This document shows, piece by piece, positions 41,143-54,410 of a DNA stretch of 64,000 nucleotides. The position numbers were made by a program, and so were the translations under genes. How positions within the stretch are numbered: the stretch's first letter is position 1; each line of letters opens with the position of its first letter. The DNA comes from Eledone cirrhosa (Eukaryota), in NCBI GenBank assembly GCA_964016885.1, contig OZ024743.1, forward strand, positions 3,720,001-3,784,000, in the 5' to 3' direction. The notes under the pieces are model-generated. The model made no database searches. It worked only from the letters and a program-made list of their open reading frames with translations, and was not told the DNA's origin.

Positions 41143-43706
41143 TTAAAATAATGTCATAATGTCATGAGGGAGATAAATTAAGAGCTGCCCAAACGTTTCT
41201 ACCATTGGCTATTTGTTGAATTGCGGTGTATGTAATATAATATTTACAGCACAATTAAAAACTTTTACTGCAATACTTTTGTCTGGATGTGACCGAGGAG
41301 AGAATATTTACCACTGCTCGAGTTTGATCTCGAATTAATTACCACAAAGTGCTTAGAATTAAGTCATTTTCATTCTCGTTACGCAAAATATTTAAAACTA
41401 CGTATACTATCAACGATTTGGAGTTATTTGAATGGAACTAAAAGATCAGAAGAAATAAACGTAAAATAGACTTGGTGTCATGTTGCAGTTTGTGTACTTG
41501 AAAAGCGGTTGATACTCGAATCTAAGAACTATTGATTAATATGATTGATTAATATATGTCACCTATTCTGATATGAAGTGTTGCAGACATTATCAGAGCT
41601 TTTAAAGTGTGAAACAACTAAGAAACGTGTCTATCTATAAATATAATATTCAATGGGAACGATTTGAACGAACAGCTTTGCTTTTATGATATTCTCCTTA
41701 TTTGCTGCGACACTATCAAGTTATAGAATCTATTCACACCCAAATGAATTGAGATACCCCACAGTAAGTGTCATTGGTGTGACAACAAAATTCCAGTGAG
41801 AGATAGGACATACTGACCCCTTTGGTTGCTGGGACGACATCATAACTAATCGGTTAAATATATTTGTGAAATATGTAACCACTTAACGTTTTCAACCTGC
41901 GTTTATTATCTTTATATTTCCTAGATCTGAATATTAAACAAGTGGTTTGATTTTTCCGTCCACTTGCATGTACCATAATCAATATATATTGATTTTTATA
42001 ATGTTGGTTTAAAATGTGCATCAATATAACTGCCACTTTGACGTAAACGAAGGAAATGTGTCGTCATTATGCTTTCATTTTGAATTTGGTTGCCATAACA
42101 GGAATGTTGATAAAATTGTCTGAATAGTACAAATCTCTTATAAACTAATTTAACTGAATATAGATGGGCGTAATAGAATTACTTCCTGACTAGTGAATGC
42201 TATTTTATTTGTGTTTGTCGGCCCACAACCAACAGGTATTGAGTGTCCTACCGGGGTAATTCAGTTGGAAAGAACTAATCATATTTATGCAATTTTCGTT
42301 GCATAATTTAACAGGCTTTGTTGTCTAAAAGTATTTAGTGTCCCTTGAGTGGCTTTCAAAAGTTGAGTTAATTATCTGAAGTCAGAGTCATTGACATGTT
42401 TACTAATAATCAATAATTTATTCTTCTGTATAGCTCTGAATGAGCCAACATAAACAATGTTCAACATACATTTCTGGTTCATCGGTTAATTTATTTATTA
42501 TTTTTTTTATTGCATTTTGTGAACAAAAGCATCGTAGATTACAGGTTTACAACAGGTCGATGAGTGGATGATAATGGAAGAGTTAAAGGAATATATGTGC
42601 AATCAGGGCGGAAACATATCACAGGAGTTCGTTGGAAGTCATCTATTCATCGGTTTTCTCGATGGTGCTAACAATTTCCACTGAAAGCTACACACATACG
42701 CACGCACACACACATAAATACACACACACACATACACATTCATGTATATATGTACATACATATAGCAGTCTATCGGCGTTGATTATATAAATATCGTATC
42801 AGCAGAAAATGCACACAGTAACATAAGACACACTGTTTTAGATGAAAGCCAAGCGCAAATTCTTCTGTCCATTATTTGTTTGATATCTAACTAACAGCAT
42901 TGTTCTCCAGTCTGTTGCACCAAACTGCACGTCAGGAAGGTGACTGACGAAGTAAAGATGCAGCTGTCTTTTCGTTTTATGTGACTGTGAAAATTTCTTT
43001 CATATATATATATGAACGGTGTGCTATATCATAAAGATCCCTCAAAATTAAAGTACTCATTGCGGAACTGAAACCGTGGGCTCGAAAATGGAACCAGATG
43101 GATGCATACACATACAATCACGTTTGCAACTCCTCAAATATTTTTAGTTAGCTATATTCTTTTTTTTAACAGGCAGGAGATTAATTTCTCACTTAATCAG
43201 GGGAACCCGAAGTTTCCTCTCCAAATACTCTTCCCCAAGAAGGGAAGAAAAGTAAATTTACAATGATATTTTTTCCTATATAATGGCAATTCATATATGT
43301 AGAACGCTTCGAATATATTATGAAAGCTTTAGTAAAATGAAATGTAATTTAATAGAAGCAATATACCTTATATAGATAAAATGAATTGGTGATCGAAACT
43401 GGATAGCAGTTTCCGCCTTAGGATGCTTTACTCTATACATAATTAATAGTTGATTATCAACGATAATTGAAACTCAACGGAGAATATAACTATTCAAGCG
43501 TATAAACTTCATGTCTTTTTGTGCCCAAAGAAATTAAGTACCGTCTTCATTCTTTTCACTGTGAAGCTAATAAAATAAACTGTACTTATATCTACGTTAA
43601 AATTTATCTTAAATCTTTTTATAGCATAGAATACGAAAAATATATAAACCGTTTCATTGAAATACACACATATATACAGACATATTATCACGCACTCTTA
43701 CTCATA

Positions 43707-43778
<72 letters not shown>

Positions 43779-43831
43779 AGTGTGTGTGTGTGTGTATGTG
43801 TGTGTGTGTGTGTGTGTTTATTGAGAGAGAG

Positions 43832-43869
<38 letters not shown>

Positions 43870-44789
43870 AGGACAACCCATTAAATATAATTCTTTTACA
43901 TTTTACAACAGTTGACATTACTCGTTCCCAATATATCTTTGTCAATGATTGATGTAAATGCCAATCTGCATTATCATTTATTATTTAAGAATGAGTAAAA
44001 GTGGTTGACTCAAGCAGTTGACTCAGTTATCCCTGTCACTCCAGTTGTCATGTGGTGAAAATGTACTTAAGTGTCAATCCATCCCAGGACACTTAAGTGT
44101 CAATATATGCTACTGTAGATTAGCATTTACTGCGATAAGTAAATGAGAGTCTTTGTAATAAACGAGTAACATTAAAGTACTGAACACAAATTACCTCATA
44201 GATCTAAATGGGAAGGAACTTAGTTCTGCGAGTTTTACTATCCGAGACACCCTGAGACAAATGAAATTTTCGGTCACACTTATAACATAGACTTGAAGCA
44301 CTTAGTCATATATTATTCCGTATTGGTATATAACGTGACTTATAAGACTACTGTGTTTAACGTTTCAACAACATGCTTGAACAGTGTTTTACGTATTTTC
44401 TACTGCCTCAAATGCAGAGACCATTTCGCAGGTATGTGATAACATATTGATATACAAATAAATAAATAAACAGACACACCCATTCACGAAGTGAATTCAG
44501 CCATACCCTCATTCAATTAACTAATGACATTATTTGTTTGCAAATTGGTCAAAATGGCGTATATGCAACTGGAGAGATATAAAATATTGACTGTAGGATT
44601 AAAAATATCCACTGAAAGATAATTGAGAATTAATACAAATAGCCTCGAATAATGAACAAAAAATATACAAGACAGAAGCTGAATTGACAAGCGGTTCTCA
44701 AGAGAATGAGAAAAGCAGAAACGCGTAAAATAAATCATGAAAAGTTTCAGAAGACTATATAGAGATGTGGAAGAAAAAATTAAACACAT

Positions 44790-45210
44790 TGTCTTAGGCT
44801 ACCCATTATTAGACAGTAAGAATGTATAACAATTGAGATTTATACAAACTGGAGTTTATACCAGCATTATGAAATACCAACAGAAATGAGGTGGTACAGG
44901 CACACTCCAGAAAAAGTGGCAGAGAATGACAAAATACCTATACTGTAAAATATACCATTAAATACAATTAAAGAGCAATCAAAGCCAATTAATCAGATAT
45001 TATATAAAAACTTAACAAATAAGTTACATTCAAACTCCACTGACGACAATATATATCTCAAAGCAATGGAGATAGAAATAAACAGAATGTTTGATGATGG
45101 AAATACGTTACCTATAATAATAGGTACTCTGTGGATGGCGAAACACTGAAAGGCAGATAGATCAATAAATTCCAGGACTTACAGATATATACAACTCACA
45201 AAGAACTCTG
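44790..45210 (+). mobile_element. R4/Dong-like RLE remnant
   Basis: WYRHTPEKVAENDKIPIL and PIIIGTL; ccaggacttaca matches 31002. Confidence 0.65.
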
Positions 45211-45244
45211 GGCGAGTACATGCAGAACGGATTCAATCGCTTTG

Positions 45245-46086
45245 CGCTCATCTCGGACAAGTCTGTCTGACAGCACTACTAGTCCAAGGATTTCTGGAAG
45301 TTGTCCATAGTCCCCGGACTGAAAGTTCCCCAGAACAGACTGGTTAGCTCGTTCACGTCGGCGCCTAGAGTTTCCGCCACTATAAAACGCTAATATGAAA
45401 TTCTGTCAAGCGTCAGTCGAAGCTGCTGAACAGCAGCAATTTGCCTCTCCAGGTGCTGAGATGGAAACTCATTGACTTGTTCGGATTGATCTTTGCCCCA
45501 TAAACGTTTCTATGATCGATTCTATCAATAGCTTTATATTGGTCTAAATGGGTCAGAGACACACGTAAGACACGAATACTCCTACCCTTTCTATGATGTA
45601 TCGCATGTGAGGGAGATTTTCGTGTATAGATCTAGTCGGTATTGCACACGTCTACGCTTTACTGATAAGTATTTTGACGACAAGCGCCAACCTCTTTGCT
45701 AACACCGTGACCAAAATCATAATCTCTGTGTTGATCAGCGTTATACGCCAGCGATTTTTGTTCCCTTTGTTCACGCCATTCTTCATCGGTCCTTCTACTG
45801 ATTTACAGACATGTGAATTCTGGCGTTCTGTTGCCAGTTTCAGTGGACAACTGCCAGTACTTCGGCGATCAAATCTGGCATATCTACGTATATCGCTTAG
45901 GACCGATCGTGTTTCACCTGCTCTAATCGGTTTTTCACAGCACTCCAAATCTTCAGCCGAGAGTCACACTTTCCTGACCTGATCAGTTGTACAAATCACC
46001 CTTCAGAATCGTGCAGCACCCTTTTATCACGCTTGACCTTCTGCAGCTCGTCTATTTTCACAGGGTTCCAGTCCTGGATTAATCAG
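45245..46086 (-). mobile_element. Decayed Tx1-clade ORF2 fragments
   Basis: ELTSLFWGTFSPGTMDNFQKSL and ITLINTEIMILVTVLAKRLALVV match ORF2 at 56342-59779. Confidence 0.8.
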
Positions 46087-46132
46087 TCGGGTAATGTGGT
46101 CAATGAAAATTCCATGTTAGTATTCTATAGAG

Positions 46133-46605
46133 TAATAATTGTTTCTACTTTTGGCACAAGGCCAGCAATTACCCAGTACACATTACTGGTACTTTATTTT
46201 ATCGACCTCGTAAGGATGAAAGGCAAAGTTAACCTTGGCGGGATTTGAACTCAGATCGTAAGGGGACGTAACTATGCTGGAAAGCATGTCTGACCCTCTA
46301 CCGATACTGCCAAGTCATGATTTCTAGTATAGGCACAAGGCCAGTAATTTTTTTTTTGTGGGGGAAGTCGATTAAATCGACCCCAGTACGCTACTGGTGC
46401 TTCATTTTATTGACCCCGTAAGGATGAAAGGCAAAGTTAACCTTGGCGGGATTTGAACTCAGACCGCAAAGGGCCGTAACTCTATGTTGCAAAGCAAGAT
46501 GTCCGATTCTCTACCAATACTGCCAATCCATCGCCCTTATTCTATAGAGTAATAATTGTTTCTACTTTTGGCACAAGGCCAGCAATTAGCCAGTACATTA
46601 CTGGC
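46133..46605 (-). mobile_element. Cluster of SINE family A copies (two near-full plus a tail fragment)
   Basis: tattctatagagtaataat duplicated at about 46121 and 46538. Confidence 0.88.
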
Positions 46606-46879
46606 TTTTGGTGCTTTTGGTGATGAGGATGATTTCTGATTTGTGGGCTTACTAAATTATTCCTCTCTGATGGGAAATTTTGTTGTTATTGTTATTTCCT
46701 TATCTGTTTCTTTTCTCTTTACTCGTTTAATCTATGTGCTCACTGTCATCTGTATTGTCCTTTGTGTTTCAGCCCTAGTGAACAACGAACAAATTATTAT
46801 TATCAATCTTGTTATTCTTCTTATTTGTAATATTAGTAGTAGTAATAGAAATATTAAAAGTACTTGTAGTAGTACCAAT

Positions 46880-47011
46880 AATGTTATTAATAGTAGTAGT
46901 AATAGTAGTAGTAGTGGTAGTGGTAGTAGCAGTGGTGGTAGTAGTAGTAGTAGTAATGGTGGTGGTAGTGGTAGTAGTAGTATTAGTAGTAGCAATAGCA
47001 ACAGCAGCAGC

Positions 47012-47077
<66 letters not shown>

Positions 47078-47520
47078 GGTGGTAGTAGTAGTAGTAGTAA
47101 TAGTAGTAGCAGTGTGTAATTGTAATAGTAATGATACTATAGATAATGGTGCCAGTAGATTTAAGCTTTCAGCTCTCGATTTAAATTATATCGTATAAAG
47201 TTCAAGCCAATAAAACTAGGTTTCTAAGCAACTAAAATACAATACTACCACAACAGGTACCTTCACCCCTCCACCAATATCAACACCTCAATTATCATCA
47301 TCATCAGCATCATTACCCCTATCACTACCATTCTTATCATCACTATCATTTTCACAATCCTAATTATCAACATCGTCATCATCATCATCATCATCATTGT
47401 CATCATCATCATCATCATCATTATCATCATCATCATCGGCGTCATCATCATTATAACCACCATCATTACTATTCCCCCGCATTCCTCTTCCACCACCCTT
47501 TTCATTTTCATTATCATCAT
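46880..47520. repeat. (TAG)/(TGG) and (CAT) microsatellite tracts
   Basis: Direct inspection. Confidence 0.9.
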
Positions 47521-47936
47521 CGCTAAAAGGAAATTAAATAAAAAAATTACAGTATTGTTTCTTTAAATTGCTGTATCTTGTCTTTTCTGAAGTAGCAGTA
47601 CTGATAACCATTAAACAAACAATTAAATCTAGAATACTATAAAATCTCATCAAGTGAATGCTTGAGAATTCACTGCTTTTATTGTCACGAAAAGATGTTT
47701 TATTTTACTTTAGGCTGCGGCTTATAAATGTGAGGTCTTTGATGAAGTCAAAGACCTTGACCTCATTTTTACACAGTAGCAAATAAGGAATACAGTTTTA
47801 AAAACATGTGAAGACATATACAAAGAAGGAATGTGTATTCATTGTGTAAATATGAAGTGCATACATATAGAAAATGAAAGGAGCCGATCATCAGATCGGA
47901 CTAAGCAAACAATATCTGTTATTTATCCCCCCCCCC

Positions 47937-47969
<33 letters not shown>

Positions 47970-48029
47970 GTGGTAGAACACTGGGACGAGTTAGGTAGAA
48001 GTGGTTACACAACAGTTAGTTCACCATAC

Positions 48030-48067
48030 CGAGAACAATTGTTTCACCTTAGCGGATCCTCAGCTCG
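48030..48067 (-). ncRNA. Minimal type-I hammerhead ribozyme motif
   Basis: Minus strand cgag-CTGAGGA-tccgctaaggt-GAAAC-aatt-GTT-ctcg. Confidence 0.65.
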
Positions 48068-49686
48068 TAATAGACATGGTTATACGGAACAGGAAGGAAA
48101 ACCGTACGAACGCGCATGCGCAGAAACGGTCACTTCACTCATACAATTATATATATATATATAATAATAATAATAATAATATTATTTATACTTATATATA
48201 AACTATATATAATTATAAACAGGAAAGGTCAGTATTTTCTAATTTTTTACCACCTTATTACCAGTATGAAAAATAGCTCAATGTAAATACATCAGATGTA
48301 TTATAGAGCAGGAATATAAAATAAATCTTCAATTACCCCCCTTTTCCCATTAGCTCCCTGTAGTGAAAATCTCCAATCACTTCTTTGAATTTAAACCGTT
48401 AGGTATTACCACACCAGCTCGGAAAATTAACATCTGACTATATAAAAGAGATCACTCCAGAACAACTCTAACCCTGAATCACTTTTATAATAAGGGCAAT
48501 ATAGAATCCAATATCTAATTAAATATTATTTTAAAATGAAATGGAAAAAGAAACCTCAATATCTATACTCACAACACATCTACATTTAAACATTACCAGA
48601 CAATTATCACACAGAAAACTCACATAGAAACTGTTTTAAATATAATTATCTTGCTACATATACATATCTTAATACTACATAACATTTTTTCTACTACACA
48701 ACAGCTTTACTTCTGCTTGGATTCTTTATTTAATTATGTATCTGATCCACTCTCAACGTGTGCATCAAAGAAACTTTGTTTATGTATATTACTCAATTTG
48801 CTTCACAATTTTCACTTTATATCCTACCTGTGCATTCTTGACTGCTTAATATGTTCATCCTATTACACCTATATTTCGTGATATCTTTGCCATATTATGC
48901 TGTATATGCTTAATACCTCTGCATTCTTTGCCATATTATTCTGTATATGCTTAATACCTCTGCATTCTTACTGCCTATATGTTTATGTACCACTAATGTC
49001 CTCCTTTGCGACTAACCTTCTTTTCTACTCTTTATTATACCCTTTATTGCAGACCACAACATCTTCACTCCCTTTGAATATGACACTATTGATAGAAACA
49101 ATAGTATCAACGTATCTTTATGAATGTTCTGTAGAATAGGAATTTATTTATGTGTTTAACAACTGTTTGGAAGAAACGATTGTCAGCAATAAAATGTATT
49201 AAACATAGATTTGATTGTTCTGTACTTTATATATATGTATCGTATGGAAAACGAAAAATCAGTGATACATCGGAACTCAATTTATTGTGTTACAATTTTT
49301 TCCCAGGCCAGATGATTGAACGTCTGAAAGTATATTAACGGCTGAGCAGCCTAATTTGCATATCGAGTGAGTTAATCGGCCGGGCGCACCGAAAACGATA
49401 AACGGAAAAAATGAAACGAAATTTCATTTCTCACTCTTAGTACGGCTGTTACTTAAATATAAGTATGTTTACGTACATACATGTATGCATACAGACGTAC
49501 AGTAGTATGTATATATATATATATACATACATGCACACATATATATATATGTACGTATGGATTCACCGAACATTTATTATAATGCTCGGTGTGTTTGTAA
49601 ACAAACATCCCGAATTAAGCCGTACAGTGTCTAGCAACCATCGTTGCTCATTTGTTCAGACGTTCAATCATCTGGCAGGAAGGTAT

Positions 49687-49729
49687 ACGTTGCTGACGAT
49701 AGCTAATAAGCTTGAAACTAGTACAGCGT
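49687..49729 (+). ncRNA. Minimal type-I hammerhead ribozyme motif inside 29-bp inverted repeats
   Basis: acgttg-CTGACGA-t-agct-aata-agct-t-GAAAC-ta-GTA-cagcgt. Confidence 0.75.
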
Positions 49730-50201
49730 TCCTTTGTCAGTGTTGAACAAATGAGCAACGATGGTTGCTAGATTTCATGTCAAAGTATGTAAGGTGAACT
49801 TTTCTCACAGCCAGGGTAAAAATAATTTAGAATAATTAAACAGAAGTAAAAAGATTAAAGGATGGAATTATTCAGCCTTTTTCTTCTCGTCTTGTTGCTG
49901 GGTTAGTATGGGATAGTTGATGGTTAGCGGTAGTGCTCTCAGATCTAAAATCTTTTGCCAAACTTTGCTGTTCATGTTTGGCAAATCCTTTACTCGTCGG
50001 AGTTCTGAAGGGAACGGAACTCGACTAGAAAGAATCATTTCTGCTCTTTCCCTTGTCTTTAGATTGAATTGCCTCGGAAACGTAATCTTATTACAAAAAA
50101 GTCGCGTGACTGGTTGTATGATTGAACAATCACATAGCCAGGATCGTCATTGAAATATGTATCACAGCTTTGTTAATAAAGGACTTTCAACAGCGGCTCC
50201 A

Positions 50202-50240
<39 letters not shown>

Positions 50241-50392
50241 TTCAAGTTATCAATAATGTAGTGATAATATATCGTCACGTTAGAGATGAACAGCGTACGT
50301 GTAGGTTTGCTCAACGAGTATAAATTATATTCCGGAGAAAATGTAGAAAAGATGAATATAAAATGAAAGTGCTTTTATAAAGGAATTTATTA

Positions 50393-50514
50393 GGTATTGA
50401 CATATGTTTCTGTAACAGACGGAATGCCTATGTATCGCTGCTTGCGTAATCATATAATGTTAGCAAGTATTCGATAGCAAATGTATAACCAGTTGTCACA
50501 TCTTCAGAGATATT
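50393..50514 (-). ncRNA. Hammerhead-like motif with an extended helix II
   Basis: Minus strand CTGAAGA-tgtgac...gttaca-GAAAC-atat-GTC, then AATAAA; helix I is imperfect. Confidence 0.55.
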
Positions 50515-50641
50515 GGATAAATTGGAAAAAAATCAGAAAAATCAAAGTATTTATATTAGTTGTAAGAAAGGAAGAAGAGAAGGGATACTATATGACAGAT
50601 GGCAATTCAATTTGGTGGTAAACAAGTTATGCAGGAGCTGC

Positions 50642-50689
<48 letters not shown>

Positions 50690-51238
50690 AACATTAAGAT
50701 AGAAATAGCTCTACAATTAAGGAGCCGTATATATATATATATCTATATCCAAAATTAAGATAACATAAATTAAATGAATATAATCTAAATCGAAATTGTG
50801 GGTGTCATGTCATAATGGCATGCGCCATATCACCTGGAAATTAAGCTCTAAGATAAATCTGACCATTTTATAATAACTAGAAATTGATTAACATATAAAT
50901 ATACATGAATAATCACAGGAGATAATTTTTGCCCGCGTGTAACCACGCATAGCTAGTTTGGGTAATTATTAAATTTATACCTTTAAGTATGATTAATCTT
51001 CCTTGTATATATCCCATTAAAGAAATATATTTCACCAATTAATCAGATGGTAAGTCACGGAAAGTGGATATTATTGGATTGACAACAAGGAAGCGTAATA
51101 ATGTCCAGCTATTCGTCCTTACAGAACGAGTTTAAATCTTCATCTAGCCGTTACCACGTGTTGTGTCTACACATGATAGCGGTTTCGTTTCACTGGCGTG
51201 AATAGGTATTCGACAACTATATATATATGTATGTATAC

Positions 51239-51311
<73 letters not shown>

Positions 51312-51360
51312 TTTGGTGCCGCTGTTTAAAGTCCTTCATTAACAAAGCAAATATATATAT

Positions 51361-53252
51361 GCACCCCAAAGTGTCCTTTTCATTTGCTAAAAAAACACAA
51401 GGTCACCGTATCCACTGTTGGCCCCCTAGTTGATGAAAATGGCCCACCCCAAGACAATGCCAAAACCATGGGCGAGATACTGCAGAAACAATACTGCTCT
51501 GTTTTCAGCAATCCTGATATGGCCGATCTGGGCTGTATCAGTGATGTTAATCCCCAACACACTATATCGGACATAACGTTTGGCGCCACTGATGTCTTAG
51601 CGGCAATAAACGAAATTAAACACAATTCAGCAGTAGGCCCCGACAGGTTACCTGCTTGTATCCTGAAGGTATGTCGACACCAACTTGCATCTATTCTTGC
51701 TAATCTGTGGAGGAACTCACTGGACGCTGGCGATATACCTGAAAACCTTCTGTCCCAGTCCATTGTCCCAGTCTTCAAAAAGGGAAATAAGTCCCTTGCA
51801 GTGAACTACCGTCCGATCTCACTCACCTCTCATATTATCAAGGTATTTGAGAGGGTGGTGAGATCACGAATAACCCATTTCTTGAAAGCAACGGCCTGCT
51901 GAACTCCAACCAACATGGGTTCCGTAATGGAAGGGACTGCCTAACGCAGTTCCTGCATAACTTTGACGAATTGTTGAGAGCCTTGGGGGAGGGCTCCAAC
52001 ACTGATGTCATCTACCTTGATTTCAGCAAGGCCTTCGACAGGGTTGATCATAAGATTCTACAGAAAAAGCTATCCAATGTTGGTGTCTCTGGAAGGTTAC
52101 TACAGTGGATCAAATGTTTCCTGACAGGCAGAACCCAGCATGTTGTAGTCGTAAAATCAAGCCCTGCCAAAGTCAGCAGTGGCGTCCCACAAAGCACTGT
52201 GTTGGGCCCACTTCTTTTCATCATCTACATTAATGACATTACTGACATAATCAAGCACAGCAACATCAGAATCTTCGCAGATAATTCCAAGCCCCAAAGT
52301 GTCATCAATGAGGTGGGTGACCAGACTTGCCTTCAGTCAGACCTACTGGCTGTTATCCAATGGGCAGAAATGAATAATATGCTGTTGAATGAGGTTAAAT
52401 TTGAATTAATCCACTTTGGAAAAAATGATGCCCTGAAACTACCATACTCTCTTCCTTCAGGTGAAGCTCTAGTGGCATCCAATAACATCAGTGACCTGGG
52501 AGTAATTGTGGACAACAACATAAGCTGGGCCACTCATATAAACAGCAAAGTTGATATGGCCCGCAGAATGTGTTCCTGGATTCTCAGAACTTTCCAGTCG
52601 AGAGATATCCACACTGTTATCCTTCTCTTCTCCACTTTTGCCCGACCCCACCTTGAATACTGTTGTCCACTGTGGTCACCCCACACGAAACAAAGTATCA
52701 TGAAAGTTGAAGCACCCCAAAGGTCAATTACAAAAAAGATAGATGGCATGACAGGACTTGACTATTGGAGTCGATTAGAAAAGTTCAAACTTTATTCTCT
52801 CCAACGTCGCCGTGAGCGCTACATTATCTGTATGATGTAGAAAATATTCCATCAGCTTTGCCCAAATGATGTTGGCATCACCTTTTGTGTACGCCCAAGG
52901 CTTGGGGCCCGTGCTATCCGCCCACGACAAAAATCTCACTCGCATCACATAACAACAATACGGCACAATTATTTCACTTCAATTGGCCCTGCACTCTTTA
53001 ACATTACACCCAAACACATCAAAGCAGAGACAGACCCCATCAAGTTCAAGAAGTCTTTGGATAAACTCCTTCAAGAAATCCCGGATAAGCCTCCTACACC
53101 CAGATATGCCTCCGTAAACAATAATTCTCTGCTCGAGTGGGCCATGGTGCCCAAACACTGATTTGTAAGACTTCAGCAGGTGGTGCTATTAAGTGAAACA
53201 TGGCCTGGGCCAATACTGGCCGAAACCTATCAAAGTTATCAAAGTTAAAGTT
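51361..53252 (+). mobile_element. 5'-truncated CR1-group LINE, pseudogenised RT
   Basis: NYRPISLTS, IYLDFSKAFDRVDH, GVPQSTVLGP, catalytic motif mutated to FADN, RPHLEYCCPLWSP; frameshift near 51895 and stop at 52838; (TATCAAAGT) tail; flanked by (TA)n. Confidence 0.9.
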
Positions 53253-53265
53253 ATATATACAAATG

Positions 53266-53327
<62 letters not shown>

Positions 53328-53880
53328 TTTATTTATATAGGTTTGGTGCCGCTGTTAATAAAGAACTTTCAACAGCGGCACCAAACCTATATAAATATAT
53401 TTTGTGATATTTTGCAATTTTGCAATATTACACACTGAATTCTTCCGCCAAAAATAAGGGTTGCCTCCCTTGCCGAGCCCCACGTGGGTATTGGTAACGG
53501 TCAATACTTGGCCTGGCACTTGAACTAAAACCTGTTGAGAAAGTGACGTCCTTGTTCAATCACCTTACCAAAAGCTTAACATTATTTGTCTAAGCGGAGA
53601 GTACTTGATTTAGAAGTCGCAGAAACCCAAATGCTGGATTTTACCAACCATCCAGGGGTCCGGGTAAATTTTTCAATCACATTTTTTTTATTTGTTTGAC
53701 CCGAATTACTTGGTCGTTTCTATGGCTGTGCTGATAATGGTTTAACCATCGTCTCAGTGTGTTTGGCCTTTTAACGTATGTTGTAGCTCTGGTTCGTTAG
53801 AATTTATTGAGCGCTTGCCACACATCTCGGAAGTTGTTTTTCGCTAATTACCAATAGCCGAAATACGATTCTCGCTAATT

Positions 53881-53976
<96 letters not shown>

Positions 53977-54124
53977 CATATATACATACATTTGTATATA
54001 TATATTTGCATATGTATATATGTATGTATGTTTGTAGCTTAGTAAGTATATCTATCTACGTATCTATTAAGTATATCTATCTATGTATCTATCTCTATCT
54101 ATCTATCTATCTATCTATCTATCC

Positions 54125-54169
<45 letters not shown>

Positions 54170-54170
54170 A
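53881..54170. repeat. (TA)n, (TATG)n and (TATC)n compound microsatellite
   Basis: Direct inspection. Confidence 0.95.
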
Positions 54171-54410
54171 TCATAGCGTAATCTAGCTGTCGTCTGTTCT
54201 ACAGTGTGGATGTAATTCACTTCGCGCAGAAGTTTTGTTCAAATTTATTGCGGAAATTTTGTGAGTTCAAATTTAATTTTGATACAATTGTGTAGCTTGA
54301 CCCCCCGTCTGAACTGTCAGGCGGTGGGTCAGCTCATCTTTACCCCTCCTAGAGGTGAAAAACCTGTTTTAAAAATTTTGTGGCAAAAAAATTTCAATCG
54401 TCTAACAGAA

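Noticed and set aside
27290-41770. Isolated splice-like signals (e.g. tttcag at about 27291, gtaagt at 41764)
   Set aside because: No recognisable protein or consistent exon chain
47882-47900. Minus-strand CTGATGA in a small hairpin
   Set aside because: No downstream GAAA
48200-49150. Possible Penelope ORF remnant with a hammerhead-like stem at about 49075-49115
   Set aside because: No GIY-YIG or RT motif could be read, and the core is too degenerate
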